A DNA stretch of 64,000 bases, from assembly GCF_009914755.1 (NCBI RefSeq), contig NC_060940.1; one strand, given 5' to 3'. Shown in pieces: positions 31,111 to 52,900 of the stretch (the stretch's first letter is position 1; the number at the start of each line of letters is the position of its first letter). This stretch comes from the human T2T-CHM13v2.0 reference genome, Homo sapiens. Under the pieces are notes generated by a model. It was not told the origin of the DNA, searched no databases, and worked only from the letters and a program-made list of their open reading frames with translations. A program made the position numbers and the translations under genes.

Positions 31111-31600
31111 GTAAGGGGCAGGAGGGGGCTTCGGGACTTTTGTAAGCTGGAGTTTGAGATTATTATAGGCAAATAATACCAGCCTTGCCTACTCCTTAGG
31201 AATGAGTGGCATGTGGTTCATATGAGTATACTTTTTAAACATTTAATTTTTTTTTTTAATAGAGACAGGGTTTCGCCATGTTGCCCAGGCTGGTCTCAAA
31301 CTCCTGAGCTCAAGCAATCTGTCTGCCTCAGCCTCCCAAAGTGCCAGGATTACAGGCATAAGCCACCACACCTGGCCTCTTTTCAAACACGTAAGACATT
31401 TGTTAGCATTTTGATAAAGATACAGCTTTCAGACAGTAATACGCACAGGTCTTCAGTGCAAAAGTCAATGAATGTTGACATATGTGTACCCCTGTGTAAT
31501 CATCACTGAAGCTGTAGGATGGCAAGGTGAAGACATTTTGAACAAAGGCAGGCAGAAGCTAGGATCTTGTCCAACTAACCCATTGTGCTCACCCTTTCAG

Positions 31601-31676
31601 ACACCTAAAACTCCTTTGCAGAAAAGCATGGACAGGCTAGGAAAGCAACTGACACTCTTCTCCTTTGGCATAATCG
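31601..31676 (+). CDS. ATP2C2: ATP2C2 exon 10 (TPKTPLQ...FSFGII-G), 76 nt
   Basis: ACTAAC branch point, ctttcAG|ACA, TCG|GTgagt; KTPLQ motif. Confidence 0.97.
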
Positions 31677-32691
31677 GTGAGTGAAGCAGTTTCCATACTG
31701 GGTTTGTTCTGCAGATGGAGGGGAGCCATCATAGGGGGGTTGCCATGGCCGTTTCTCAAATATCTTGCTACTCAGCTGCATAAGGCTTGGGGATTGGGAT
31801 CAGAGGCTCTCCACAAGCAACAAGAGCTTTCTGTATAGTTGGACCAGGCTGGCTGCTGTAACAAGCAGCCACTACATTTTCTTGGCTTAACAGAGTAAAC
31901 GCTTGTTCCTTGCTCACACCGCAGTCCAAAGTCCGTGGGTGTATTCCTGGTCCAGTGGCTCTCCTGGATAGCTCGCCTACAAACAGTGACTTGGGCCCAG
32001 GCCCCTGTTACATTGCTGCTCTATCTTCCTCTGGGTCCTTGGAGGCCATGTTTCTGTTCAGCCAGCAGATGGTGAAAGAGGAAACATGGAGGCTTGTGGA
32101 GGACATTTTTAAGGCATAGACCAGGAAGTGGAATCATCAATTTGACCATCTTTTATTGGCCAGAATGGAGTCACATGGCCTACATAACTGCAAAGGAGAC
32201 TGGGAAATGTAGTTTATCTGTGCACCCAAACATATTTCTATGCTTCTAAGCAGGCTGTTCCTGGACTGGGACTTCCTGACCTTTGGTAACACAACAAACA
32301 GCATTGACATGATGCTGCGGTTCTGAATCTAGATCTTAAGGCTTGACATCCCCATAGTGCTGCCCCAGTCCCTTCTGGGGCTTCTTCCTGTTCTTTCCAT
32401 ATCTGGCCTTACTTCTGTGTCCTTTATTCCAGCCTTTAGGATCAACCCATGCCTGGCCCCTAATAGATTCTCAGTAAATATTTGTTGAGTAAAACATTTA
32501 ATCAAGGAATAAACCAACAAGCCACTGCCTATAGCACATCTAGTGATGAGGGGGGTGCTGGTGAGTGTAGCCAAAACTGCGAAGCCAGAGAACAGTCTTG
32601 AGAGAAACAGCTTATGTAAGCCCATGTTTCTTAAGTTAAATTAGAACTTAAATTGACATGTCCACAGCAAGACCCATGATATCATTCAGAC

Positions 32692-32989
32692 ATTTTTTTT
32701 GAGGGGGCAGGAATGGAGTCTCACTCTGTTGCCCAGACTGGAGAGCAGTGGCGTGATCTCAGCTCACTGCACCCTCTGCCTCCTGGGTTAACCAATTCTC
32801 CTGCCTCAGCCTCCTGAATCTCTGGGATTACAGGCATGCACCATCACGCCCAGCTGATTTTTGTATTTTTGGTAGAGACAGGGTTTTGTCATGTTGGCCA
32901 GGCTGGTCTCAAACTCCTGGCCTCAAGTGATCTGCCCGCCTTGGCCTCCCAAAGTGCTAGGATTACAGGCATGAGCCACCGCACTGGGC

Positions 32990-32990
<1 letters not shown>
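32692..32990 (-). mobile_element. Alu (S-like)
   Basis: Antisense dimer. Confidence 0.88.
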
Positions 32991-33021
<31 letters not shown>

Positions 33022-34148
33022 GGGAACTGCTCTAGCAGATGGAGAGTTTTGACACTCAGTCCCATGGACCCCCTAGAAGGCCCAAGGGGCAGGTGCAGGG
33101 AAGCAACACCATGCTGGTCAGTGCTTCTAGAGGAAAGTAGCATTTGCCAATTCCCATGGTGCAAATACTCTCAGTGTGGCCGTTTTCAAGCTACTAATGT
33201 ATAGACACAGAACATGGATTTCGGAAGAGATGTACCTAGTTGATTCTTGTGAGCTCCTGTGAGGAGTCTCCAGCCTTCTACTATGGGAATGCCACAAGGG
33301 TGGAGTGAGTACCTAGTGGGGGTGGCTCTAGGCTCACTGCCTCACCCCTATTTCCAATAGAGCTCCCCTTGCTAATCTATTTCATTTGAGTTCATTTGGG
33401 TTCTAGCTAAGATTTCAGCTGATGACTGAGTTTAGTAGCCAATAGTAGAATGCCCAAAACAAAACTAACAGATACTGTGGCAGCTGCCCCCCTCAATACA
33501 TACACACACACACCCCGCTACCATCCATCAGAAAACATCCCTGGCCCCCTGGCCCCTGCAAAGCAAAGCTAACGTTCTTTAGCAAGCTCTCCAAGGGTGT
33601 CACCTGGCAACACCACCCACCTTCCCAGTCCCTACTCACACCTCCGTGTCTCGTACACCTAGTGCAGTAACTGGTGTGCAGTACGTATTTGGTAAATTAT
33701 TAATGAAGGAAAATGGAAATGGAGTATATTTAATCATGAGTACCACAGAGTAAAATAATTTGAAAAAACAGTGACCTATCTGCCCATCACAGGAGCAGTT
33801 GCATTTGCCACAACAAACACCACATGGGGGGATGTTCTGGATACACGCAGCCGACGGTAAACTTTGGGAATAAGATGTAAATGCTTGCGAACAGTCCAAA
33901 ATAGACTGATTGAGCCTTTTACTTAAATTTGGCTTGGACCTTTCCTAAGAAAGTAAAATCGGGTTTTTGTAGGTATAAACGTATCTCCCTTAGAAAAGAG
34001 AAGAGACGGGTTGAAAGTGGTTGAGGTTATCAGGCGTTCCTCTGTGCATGCATTCCTGTAAACTCTTTAAGGAAGTGAGTTTGAATCCCTCCAGGCATCA
34101 GCGTGTGTAGTGCATATGGAGATAAGGATGTTTTTGTCTCTTCCCCAG

Positions 34149-34215
34149 GTCTCATCATGCTCATTGGCTGGTCGCAAGGGAAACAACTCCTGAGTATGTT
34201 CACGATCGGGGTCAG
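34149..34215 (+). CDS. ATP2C2: ATP2C2 exon 11 (LIMLIGW...FTIGV-S), TM3/TM4, 67 nt
   Basis: ttccccAG|GT, CAG|GTaaga. Confidence 0.96.
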
Positions 34216-34440
34216 GTAAGAGTGCTATGGCCGCCCCTTGCCTTGCCAGGGTGGTCAATGGGCTCTGAGCCCTTCCCTGCCGCAAGAGAAGGTGGGGAGG
34301 CTGCAGAATAGGAAGGGTTGGGAAGGTGCAGCCCCGTCACCCAAACTCCAGCCTCCCAATAGCATGTTCTCCGACAGGTACAGAGTGCCCGGCGAATGCT
34401 TGCAAAATGAATGACAGCAAATGATCCAGGGTGTCCCTTT

Positions 34441-34850
34441 TGTATTAGGCTGTTCTTGCATTGCTAAAAAAAAAAAAATACCTGAGGCTTGGTAATTTAT
34501 TAAGAAAATAGTTTAATTGGCCTATGGTTCTACAGGCCGTACAGGAAGCATGGTGTCTGCTCAGCTTCTGGGGAGGCTCCAGGAAGTTTCCAATCAAGGC
34601 GGAAGGGGAAGGGGGAGCAGGCATGTCACATGGCAAGAGCAGGGGCAGGAGAGGGAGGAAGGGGAGATGCCACATGCTTTGAAACAATTAGATCTCTCAG
34701 GAACTCACTCCAGCAAGAACGGCTCGAAGGAGATGGCGCTAATCCATTCATGAGGGATCCACCCCATCGTCCAATCTCCTCCCACCTCCAACACTGGGGC
34801 TTATGTTTCAACTTGAGGTTTGAGTTGGGACACACATTCAAACTGTATCA
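34441..34850 (-). mobile_element. MST (MaLR) solo LTR
   Basis: TGtattagg..aactgtatCA termini; near-TSD CCTTT/GCTTT. Confidence 0.85.
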
Positions 34851-35644
34851 GCTTTCTTGTCACTCTTTGCCTGTGGGTTTGGGTCTTTCTGGCTAAGAGC
34901 AAGGACCCCAGAGCCAGCCTGCCTCTGTTTAAATTCTACGCTTGCCACAAAACTGGAGGTTCTGTGACCTCCAGCAAGTTTCTTAGCTCTCTGTGCCCCA
35001 GTTTCCTCCTCTGAAAAATGGGAATGCTCATATACCCTCTCCTAGGGCGACTGTCTGGATTAAAGGAGTTAGTCTGTGCAAGCACCCACATGATACACAG
35101 TGCAGAGTGAGTGTTGGCTCTTAATACTGGTTTACAACTCTATCCAAGCCCTTGTCTTACAGAGGAGGCTATCAGAGCGGCAATGGATGTAGAGCCCAAG
35201 GCCACACGCGGACAGCAGGGCTGGGAGTCATCATCACTTGATGATGCTAAGCCGAGGGGACCCGCCCTTCTTCTACGTAGTGATTCATAAGTCATCCCAA
35301 GCCCCTGGGTCCTGGTGGCCGAGACAGGGAGAGGCACGGGCAGCCCAGCATCGTGCAGCGGTTTGACTTTGTCAGTAGTTCTTCTGTGGCTATTTGCCAA
35401 GAGCAAGGGAAGCAGAGGCCGGGGATTGTCACTAACTGGGTATGTCCCATTGGAAGGGAGCCTAGGGGCTGTGCCAGGACACGGAGGAACCAACCCATGT
35501 CTAGGCTCATGTCAGGCCCATTGGTTCCCAGACAGTAACGCACACGCAGCTGCTGTCTGCAACGTGTTTTTAGGTGATGTGTGGAAAATCATTCTAGTGT
35601 CTGTTCATATGTATATATATGTAATTAATACATCAAACCCATGA

Positions 35645-36375
<731 letters not shown>

Positions 36376-37501
36376 AAACCAGAAAGGTATAGAACAGGCA
36401 ACTAAGAATGCTGTTATTGAGAGGGTCCTCGGAGCCTTTCTAATTTATATATGAAGAGTAAACCATTATTGCAAATGTGTGCTGTAATGATCATTACAGT
36501 GAATTACAGCAGACAAACTCCTGGTGGATTGAGGCATCCCAGTGTGTGCTGGGACACAGAGGTTTGTCCTGCTGGCCAGTGTGGGCAAGAGAATCTTGCT
36601 TTAAGGGTTGAGTGTACTGGGTCTGGTACATGGTATCAGGTACCTAGTATCAGGTGTACATGGCTCTGGTGCATAGTCAGGCTTGCCTGTGTATACATGA
36701 ATGTACACGATTATCTGGTAATTAGTAGTAGAAGAGATTCCAAATGCCTTATTTTTTCAACGACACTGCATGGTGTGCATTAATTGAGGGGCAGGTGGTA
36801 AAATCAACATGTGGGCAGCTGTGTGTCCTATGACAAAAGCATTCAATAACTGTTTTTTGAGTTAATGGGAATTGGAAATACTGTGTCTGGCTTTGGATAC
36901 TTTGTCACTCAGTGTATTTAACAAACAAAATCTTAGTAACACCAAATGCTGAGAGCACACAAAAAAAACATGGAAAAGAGGAGCTGGAATATTATGTGAT
37001 GATGTGGGCACACAGATGTGATAAAAATCCTAAAAGCAAAATACAAATGACAGACACTTGGAAAACCCCATCCCAGATAAATTCTAAGTCATAATAAGTT
37101 CATCTCTTCCCTTAAAGAAAAAAAAATCCTGTAATGAGACACACAAGACATTCAAACCACATCAGAATACCCTTAAATGATAGTTTTCAATAGGAAAAGA
37201 AGAACAAGAAAAAAAGCTGTACTCATAGATAATAGTCTTTAGGTTTTAGCTTTAAACAACCTATAAATGAGCGGAGATGTATGCCAGGGGTTGGACTTTC
37301 CCCCTAGACCTGTTTGGAACCATGAAAATGATGCAGTGGTGCTGTACAGGTGTCTTTGCTGGGTTGCAGCCCTTTTTCCCTGAATATATGCCCAGGTTCT
37401 CGGTTTGTTTTACTAATGGCCCTGCGAAAGGGCATCTTAGGCTCTGGATAATGAAACCCAAGGGGGTCTATTGAATGTAGGATGGTCTTGATCTCTAGTG
37501 A

Positions 37502-37865
<364 letters not shown>

Positions 37866-38184
37866 TTCGTGGAGCTTTTGAGGAGCATTTATCCTTCGGT
37901 GTTACTGTGTATAGCACGTGACTGCGTGATCTGTTCTTATCACTTTCATTGAATCCCTTTCATGTTCATGTAGTGTTGGGATTGGGGGAGGTTGTTAACA
38001 AGACAGTCATGGTTCCCACCTTCAAAGATTGTAGGTCTCAGTGGGGATGGAGAATCGATGGGAATCAAGGGCTAGAGGAAGAGAGCTGGGAAGAGAGGCA
38101 GAGGCAGGTGGGAGAGGGAGCGTGAAGCTGAGATCTGGAGGAGCTGTGGCTGATGTGATGAGGCCTTGGAGGAGACTGGGTGTG

Positions 38185-38605
38185 CATATTCCTGTGGCTG
38201 TCAAAACAAAGCACCACAGGCTGCAGGGCTGGAAACAGAAGCTTATTCTCACCATTCTAGAGGCCAGAAGTCCGAGGTCCAGGTGTGGCAGGAGCATGCT
38301 GTTCTTGAAGACCCTAGGGGGAGAATCAGCCAAATGCTTCTCAGCTTCTGGTGTCACAGGCAGTCCTGAGCACATAGATATCTTGCCTCTAGTCTCTGTC
38401 TGTCACATGGTCTCCTCCTCTGTCTCTGCGTCTCTTCTCTTCTTTTTATAAGGACGCCAGTTGTATTGGACTAGGGTGGATACTCTAATGACCCCATTTT
38501 TATTTGATGATGTCTGCAAAGGCCCTGTTTGCACATAAGGTCACATTCACGTGTACCAGGAGTTAGGATGTGAACATATTTTATTGGAGGGACACAATTC
38601 AACCC
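38185..38605 (-). mobile_element. MLT1 LTR
   Basis: cagaagcttattctcaccattctagaggccagaagtccgag..aaggtcacattcac..cacaattcaaccc. Confidence 0.75.
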
Positions 38606-38771
38606 CTTAGCAGCAGGCACTGGGCTGCCGGGAGAAGGGGGTGGATGGACAACAAGCTCGTTGAAGGAGATGAGGACAAGGAGGCCTGAGCCAGGGCTGG
38701 GAAGACCCGTCTACGCGAACGGCAAAGTTGCCAAGAGCAGCCTGCAGGTGGACAGAGTAAAGTCAGTTCTG

Positions 38772-39920
38772 GGCCGGGTGCGGTGGCTCACGTCTGTAAT
38801 CCCAGCACTTTTGGACACTGAGGCAGACGGATCACTTGAGGTTAGGAGTTTAAGACCAGGTTGGCCAACATGGTGAAACCCCATCTGTACTAAAAATACA
38901 AAAATCAGCCAGGCGTGGTGGCGCGTGCCTATAATCCCAGCTACTGGGGGGCAGAGGCAAGAGAATTGCTTGAACCCGGGAGGCAGAGGTTGTAGTGAGC
39001 TGAGATCACACTACTGCCCTCCAGCCTGGGCAGCAGAGTGAGACACCATCTCAAAAAAAAAAAAAAAAAAAGTCAGTTCTAGAATCTTCAAGGAATTGAA
39101 GAGGGAGGGACCAGGGTCTGTTGGTGCTGGAGAAGGAGCAGGAGTAGAACATGTGATCCCAGTTCACCCTTACACAGCCCATGGGGTAAGTCTGGCCTCC
39201 TTTTTACAGATTGGGAAACAGGCTTACACTAGCACAACTTATGGGATCAGGGCATGGAAGAGACAGACTTCAAACCACTGAAGCCTGATCCAAAGCCGGG
39301 CTCCTTGTCAGCAACCCAACCCCCCCACCTCAGCAGGATGGGGACTCTGCTGCCAGCCACTGCCCCTCACTCCCTATCCTTGGCGGCCATTGGCAATGGG
39401 CTCGAGTTTGTTTGCCCCATGAATATGTATTGGGCATCTGTTGACTCTCTGTTTACATCAAAAGTGCTGATCCAGCTGGATCAGGTAGATCTCTGCCCTC
39501 CTGGAGTTTTCTGGCTGGGGAAAAAAGTGAATGTTAACAATTTAAGCACACATTAATAAAAATAATTACAACTTATGAGTGCTACAAAGGAATAACTGCC
39601 GAGAAAGAGATTAAAAGGGAGGTAGAAGCCAGCTGGGCATGGTGGCTCACACCTGTAATCACAGCACTTTGGGACTCTGAGGTGGGCAGATCACTTGAGA
39701 TCAGGAGTTCAAGAACAGCCTGGCCAATGTGGTGTTGCATCTCTACCAAAAATACAAAATTAGCCGGGCATGGTGGTGTGTACCTGTAATCCCAGCTACT
39801 CAGGGAGGCTGAGGCAGGAGAATCGCTTGAACTTGGGAGGCAGAGGTTGCAGTGAGCCGACATCTCACCACTGCACCCCAACCTGGGCGACAGAGCAAAA
39901 CTCTGTCTCAAGACGAAAAA
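38772..39920 (+). mobile_element. Two sense Alus (about 38772-39071 and 39629-39920)
   Basis: Alu consensus matches; TSD-like aaaagtcagttct and aaaagggaggtagaag. Confidence 0.88.
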
Positions 39921-40505
39921 AAGGGAGGTAGAAGGGGATGGACTGGAAGAGGTGGCCGGGGAGGGTTTTGGGTGGAGAGTTGAGGAGTCAGGAGATGAGC
40001 AGGAAGGGTGTTCAGGCAGGGGGAACAGCACAGGCAAAGGTTTGGGGGTGGGAACATATCTGAGGGTCACTTGGGGGGGACCACAGCTGAGCTCTGTGAG
40101 CAGAATGAGATGATGGAGTTGCTTAGATCATGGGGAAACTCATGGCCCCTTCTCCTATTCCTAACCTCATCATCAGAGCCTTTCCCAATACGCCACGCCA
40201 GGCTGTCTCTGTGACACTTTGGAAGCAGAGAGATGAAAAGTGTTGGCCACCCTTGATTTAGAGGCCGAAGGAAGTGGGAGGTGGGAGCCCCAGCTTATTA
40301 CAGAAGCGGGGGCTGGGAGGAAGGGGGCACTGGAGCAGGACGCCGAGCTGTGCTGGGGACAGTGGGGTTTGGGGCATTGGAAGAGCACCTGCAGAGGCAG
40401 GCACTGGAGAGCTGAGGTCTCCCGCCGAGCTGAAGAACGGGAGGGTCCCTGAGAGAGATGGCAAACCTGGATGGCCGCTCCCCCAACTCAGGGCTGGGTG
40501 GGGCC

Positions 40506-41268
<763 letters not shown>

Positions 41269-41511
41269 TAACACAGGTGGTCCAGGGAGCACCCTCTGAG
41301 CGTGAGGCTGTGATTCGACACTGTCCCCTGAGAGCGGGCTCCAGCAAGAACAGGACCAGGAAAGAGGCCAAGACACCCGAACAGCATTCTCAGGTGACTG
41401 AGCCTTTGGAGGCAGGGGTGGCGGCAGGGAGGGAGACATTTGAGCCTCAAGGAGGCTGCCAGAGAACACAGGACTCTCAGAAGACAGAATGCTTAAAATC
41501 TTCCCCAAGTA

Positions 41512-46220
<4,709 letters not shown>

Positions 46221-47570
46221 TAGAACATTTTCTTATCGCCTCAAAAAGAAACCCTGTGCCCTTTAGCTATCACTCTACATTCCCACCTATGCCCACATCC
46301 CAGCCCTAAGCAATCGCTCATCTTTCTTTCTTGTGTAGATTTCCCCATTCTGAACATACCTTATGAATGGACTCGTGCTCTGAGTGGCCTTCTATGTCTG
46401 GCTTCTTCCACTCAGCAGCATGTTTTCCAGGCTCATCCACATGGTGGCATGTGCCAGTGCCTTGTTCCTTTCTTTGGCTAAAGTGTATTCTGCTGTATAG
46501 ATAGACCACATTTGGCTCATCCATTTGTTCACTGATGGACATTTGGGTTGTCATAGTTTCTTCATGTTTGTTTTTACATTTTTTAAAGGAAAATTTCAAG
46601 CCTGTACAAAAGCAGAGAGGATGATAAAGTGAACACCTGTGTAGCCACTACCCAGCTTCAACAGTGGCCCACTTGCAAACACTCTTGCCCTTTCTACAGC
46701 CCACCCCTGGCTATGTCAAACTGGACACCAGGCACCAGGCATCATACCTTTCCACCACTTCAGGAGTGTGGAATGTGGGGCCAGTCAGCCCCGATGTTGT
46801 GGAGTCTCAGCCAAAAGGGATAGAAAGAGCCCCCTCTACACATGCTCTCACCTGTTGACACACCCAGAGAAGGGGTATCATGTGCTGCAGCCCCAGTCTC
46901 ATTTCCAAGAGAGCATCTCACCAGCTCAGCTTGGGTCACACGCTCTCCTCGAATCCAGCCAACCCTGGTTATGAGAGAGTGGGGTCGCACCGTACAGGGA
47001 GAGTTGGAGGGGTAAGAAAGAAGTGAGCAGACACCCCGAAAGAGATCCACGCAGCAGGCAAGTGTGTCGCTGTGGCCCTTCACCTGCCCTGACCTGGACT
47101 TCCTTGTCTGGCTTCCTCATAGGAAGTGTCTACACCACTACACTCATGAAAAGTGAAATTCAAGGGACTCACGAGGACCCCTGGAACCAAAAACTCTTAA
47201 TCCCACTTACTGTCTGATTTTGGGAATTCCTTTTATGGAACCCAAAACCTTTTCTCTCTAATAAATGAGAATAATGTAAATGCAAAATACTTTTAAAGAG
47301 GCAAAACAGCTGACAGACTAATTCACATTAAGGTGTGGATGACTGACAGGAGAGGTCCCTTCCCAAGAGCGGGGTCTGCAGGGGAGGGCTCAGGACACTG
47401 GGTGCTGCAGAAGGAGGCAGGTGCACCTTAGGATTGGGAATGGAGACTAGAACCAGGACACTGGGGACACCTAAGACAAGCTTCACCAGCCAAAAGCATT
47501 GCCAGCCCCAGCTGAGAGTCACACACTCCTTAAATGTGTTAGAGGGGACTCATTTGACCTTTCGATCCAG

Positions 47571-47695
47571 CCTGGCTGTGGCGGCCATTCCAGAGGGTCT
47601 GCCCATCGTCGTCATGGTGACGCTGGTCCTGGGAGTGCTGCGGATGGCCAAGAAGCGGGTCATCGTGAAGAAGTTACCCATCGTGGAGACTTTAG
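47571..47695 (+). CDS. ATP2C2: ATP2C2 exon 12 ([11 protein letters not shown]...IVETL-G), TM4 ion-binding site, 125 nt
   Basis: gatccAG|CCTG, TAG|GTgagg; AAIPEGLP motif. Confidence 0.98.
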
Positions 47696-47833
47696 GTGAG
47701 GGACTCCAGCTGGTGGAATCCTTACACGTGGAATTGAATGGGGGCTTGGCTGTCAGGGCAATCCAGCCTGGGGGTTTCACAAGCCTGAGGATGGCAACTT
47801 CTCTTTTCTATAAACTGGTGTTTGTTGTACCAG

Positions 47834-47931
47834 GTTGCTGCAGCGTTCTCTGTTCTGACAAGACGGGGACTCTGACTGCCAATGAAATGACAGTGACCCA
47901 GCTTGTAACGTCAGATGGGCTTCGTGCCGAG
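47834..47931 (+). CDS. ATP2C2: ATP2C2 exon 13 ([14 protein letters not shown]...LRAE); catalytic D379 codon at 47857-47859
   Basis: gtaccAG|GT, GAG|GTgagt; DKTGTLT phosphorylation signature. Confidence 0.98.
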
Positions 47932-48240
47932 GTGAGTCCCAAAGGAATTTACAAGCCTTAAGGATGCACCCAGCCAGGCTGTCTCCTTTCTAGACAAAGC
48001 ACACAATGTCTTCTAGAACACAATAAGGAAGAAATAAATTGGGGTCATCTTATAATCTCCTTGCTAACATGACTGATTTTGTTTTTAATCATCCCATACT
48101 TCCTTTTAATAGATATGACCAATTTAAGGTAGCCTCCTTTTTTAGTTACTTATTAATTATAAGCACATTGCAAAATTTAAAAGCTAGAAAAAATCTTCCA
48201 TACCTTCCACGATAAACTAACCGTGATTAGTCCATTTGTG

Positions 48241-48965
<725 letters not shown>

Positions 48966-49263
48966 TTCTTGGAATAGAAGCACTCTTCTATGCTAGTTCT
49001 TAGTTTTCTTAACCATCACTTGTACTGGCTGCAGAGTATCCCACTGAGTCAACTTGCTGCAGCTTACTCATGCCTGGTACTGTGTCCATCCATGACGTAT
49101 CCAATTAATCAATAATCTTTCAGAGAACATCTTCATACTGAAAGCCCTGTCCACGTTTAGGATTGTGTCCCTGGAATGGATCCCCAGGACAGAGATTGTG
49201 GGCCAACTGGGGGAGCATGTTTTTGACTCTTGGCGAAACCCTTTCTTCTGCCTCGCCCTGCAG

Positions 49264-49365
49264 GTCAGCGGAGTTGGGTATGACAGTCAAGGGACTGTGT
49301 GTCTTCTACCATCCAAGGAAGTCATTAAGGAATTTTCCAATGTCTCAGTGGGAAAGTTAGTGGAG
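49264..49365 (+). CDS. ATP2C2: ATP2C2 exon 14 (VSGVGYDSQG...KLVE), 102 nt
   Basis: ccctgcAG|GTC, GAG|GTaggt. Confidence 0.97.
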
Positions 49366-49415
49366 GTAGGTGTCAAAAGCGCCATGAGGGAAATAGGCAT
49401 TTACATTGAGGCTTA

Positions 49416-50355
<940 letters not shown>

Positions 50356-50920
50356 TATGCAAAACTAGTAAGTAATAATAAAAAAGAAAAGAAAAGAAAT
50401 GGGCAGAGAAGTAATGCGAGTGTCCAGGCTCACCAGGCCGGGAAGGAAGAGCGCTGGGAATCCCACTCTTTTTGCTTGTCTCTTTTTCATTTTTTAAATA
50501 TTTATGTATAAATTGAGGTAGAAGTCATCTACCATGAATTCACCCCGTTAAAGTGCACAATTCAGTGGTTTCAATATGTTCACAAGTTGTGCAAACTTCA
50601 CCACTGTCTAGAATACTTTGTCACCCCAAGTGGAAATGCCATCATCCCCATTATCGGTCGCTCCCCGTTACCCCACACTCGTCACCACCCGTCCACCTGC
50701 CTCCCTGCTGGGTTCCCTCATGATAACTTTATGGGAACCAACATTCAGCACAGCCAAGAAATAGTCACGATGTTTCTTTTAAAAAGCCGGGACGCTGAGT
50801 TGTTTTAAAGAGCAAGTCTTGTCCCCGCAACCCCAGCTGTAAAAATGGGACAGGCCCACAATGTCTAACTTTTTCATGAGCCCAGTACTAACTACAGATG
50901 TCCGGACAATCCCCTTTTAG

Positions 50921-51010
50921 GCGGGCTGTGTTGCCAACAATGCGGTCATCAGAAAGAACGCCGTGATGGGGCAGCCCACCGAGGGTGCATTGATGGCCCT
51001 GGCGATGAAG
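50921..51010 (+). CDS. ATP2C2: ATP2C2 exon 15 (AGCVANNA...[14 protein letters not shown]), 90 nt
   Basis: ccttttAG|GCG, AAG|GTagga; G-x-PTE motif of the N domain. Confidence 0.97.
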
Positions 51011-52300
51011 GTAGGAGGTCCTGGGGTGTCTCTGCGGGGAATTCTTTCGCTCGGGGCTGGATTCATTGGTAGAAAGCCAGCTCCTGTCTGAGCTAACAGG
51101 ACTGGAGACGTTAGGTAATCATGGAAGAAAATGGCCCACACTGGCCTTGGGCCATCTGTTGGTGGTGGAGGAGGTGAGCTCTGAGATTCCACGGGACTTC
51201 AGCAAGTTCTGCAGGTCTCTAATCCCTCCACCAGCGATTCCAAAAGAATCCTATGAGCTTCCCTGTGGTTCAGGCCCTGGTCAGGTGTTGAGGCGACAGA
51301 CAGTGGAACGAGACTCCCTATGCACCCAACACGACCCTGTGCTCACCGAGGCACCATTGGGAGGGGCTGGTTCCCGGGAATGTATTCGATTGACTCCGGG
51401 GTTCAGTGTTAGACCCTGAGCTCTGTGGCTGTGCAGGGTTGCCCCAGGCCATTCTGTACCCAGCACCAGGTACCAAGTGGCTGCTTGCAGTGTGGAGGGG
51501 ATGGGTGGGAGCTGATGGGGGCCTGCCGCATTCTGTGCTCAGAGGACAAGTTAGAAGAAGGAGAGGCAGAAAACATGGGCTGGGAATGCGGGTGACAGGA
51601 AAGCAAGGAGAAGAGAGGACAAAGGACATGGGAAAGGAGGGGCCGGCAGAGGTTAAGAGGAGGGAGCAAAGGAAGGAAGAAGGTGGCCCCGGTCAGCTCC
51701 CACGTCTGTTTCCATGGCCACTTGGCCTGGGTCCCTCCTCTTCAGCCAGAGCTGGGGCTCCCCTGGACACTGTGGGAGCTCCTTTCCCCGACCCGCTCCG
51801 TGCTTTCTGCTGTGTGACTTGTCTCTGACTCGGGTGTGATCAGAACCCTCTCCATCAAGGTCAAGGGAAAAGCCCGACTCAGGGTGCTCATCCCCCAGCA
51901 CGGACCCCTCGCTGCCGCCGAGCCTGGCCCCTGCACTCACCCTCCCTTCCTGCTTCCTCCTGGACTTTGACCACTCCTGCCTGTTCTCACTGGCGAGTGC
52001 CGACTTTCTCTTCAAGTTCACTCCAGTTTCCACCCCAGCAGACACCTCTCCTCATCCCGGGCTCACTTCACTGCCTTGTATTTTCAGCTTACCTGTCCCA
52101 TCACTGAGCACCAGGGCTCACTTCACTGCCTTCTGTTATCAGCTTACCTGTCCCTCCCTCCAGTGCAAGACTCCAACCTCCCACACCACTGCCTTCCCAA
52201 AGCTGGTGCTGGGCGGGGGAGAGGTGGTCGCCCTCTCATAAGCCCCCGTGTTGGTAGATCAGGTGCTTTTCCCCAGTGTAAGAACACTGGAAAGTCATTA

Positions 52301-52900
<600 letters not shown>

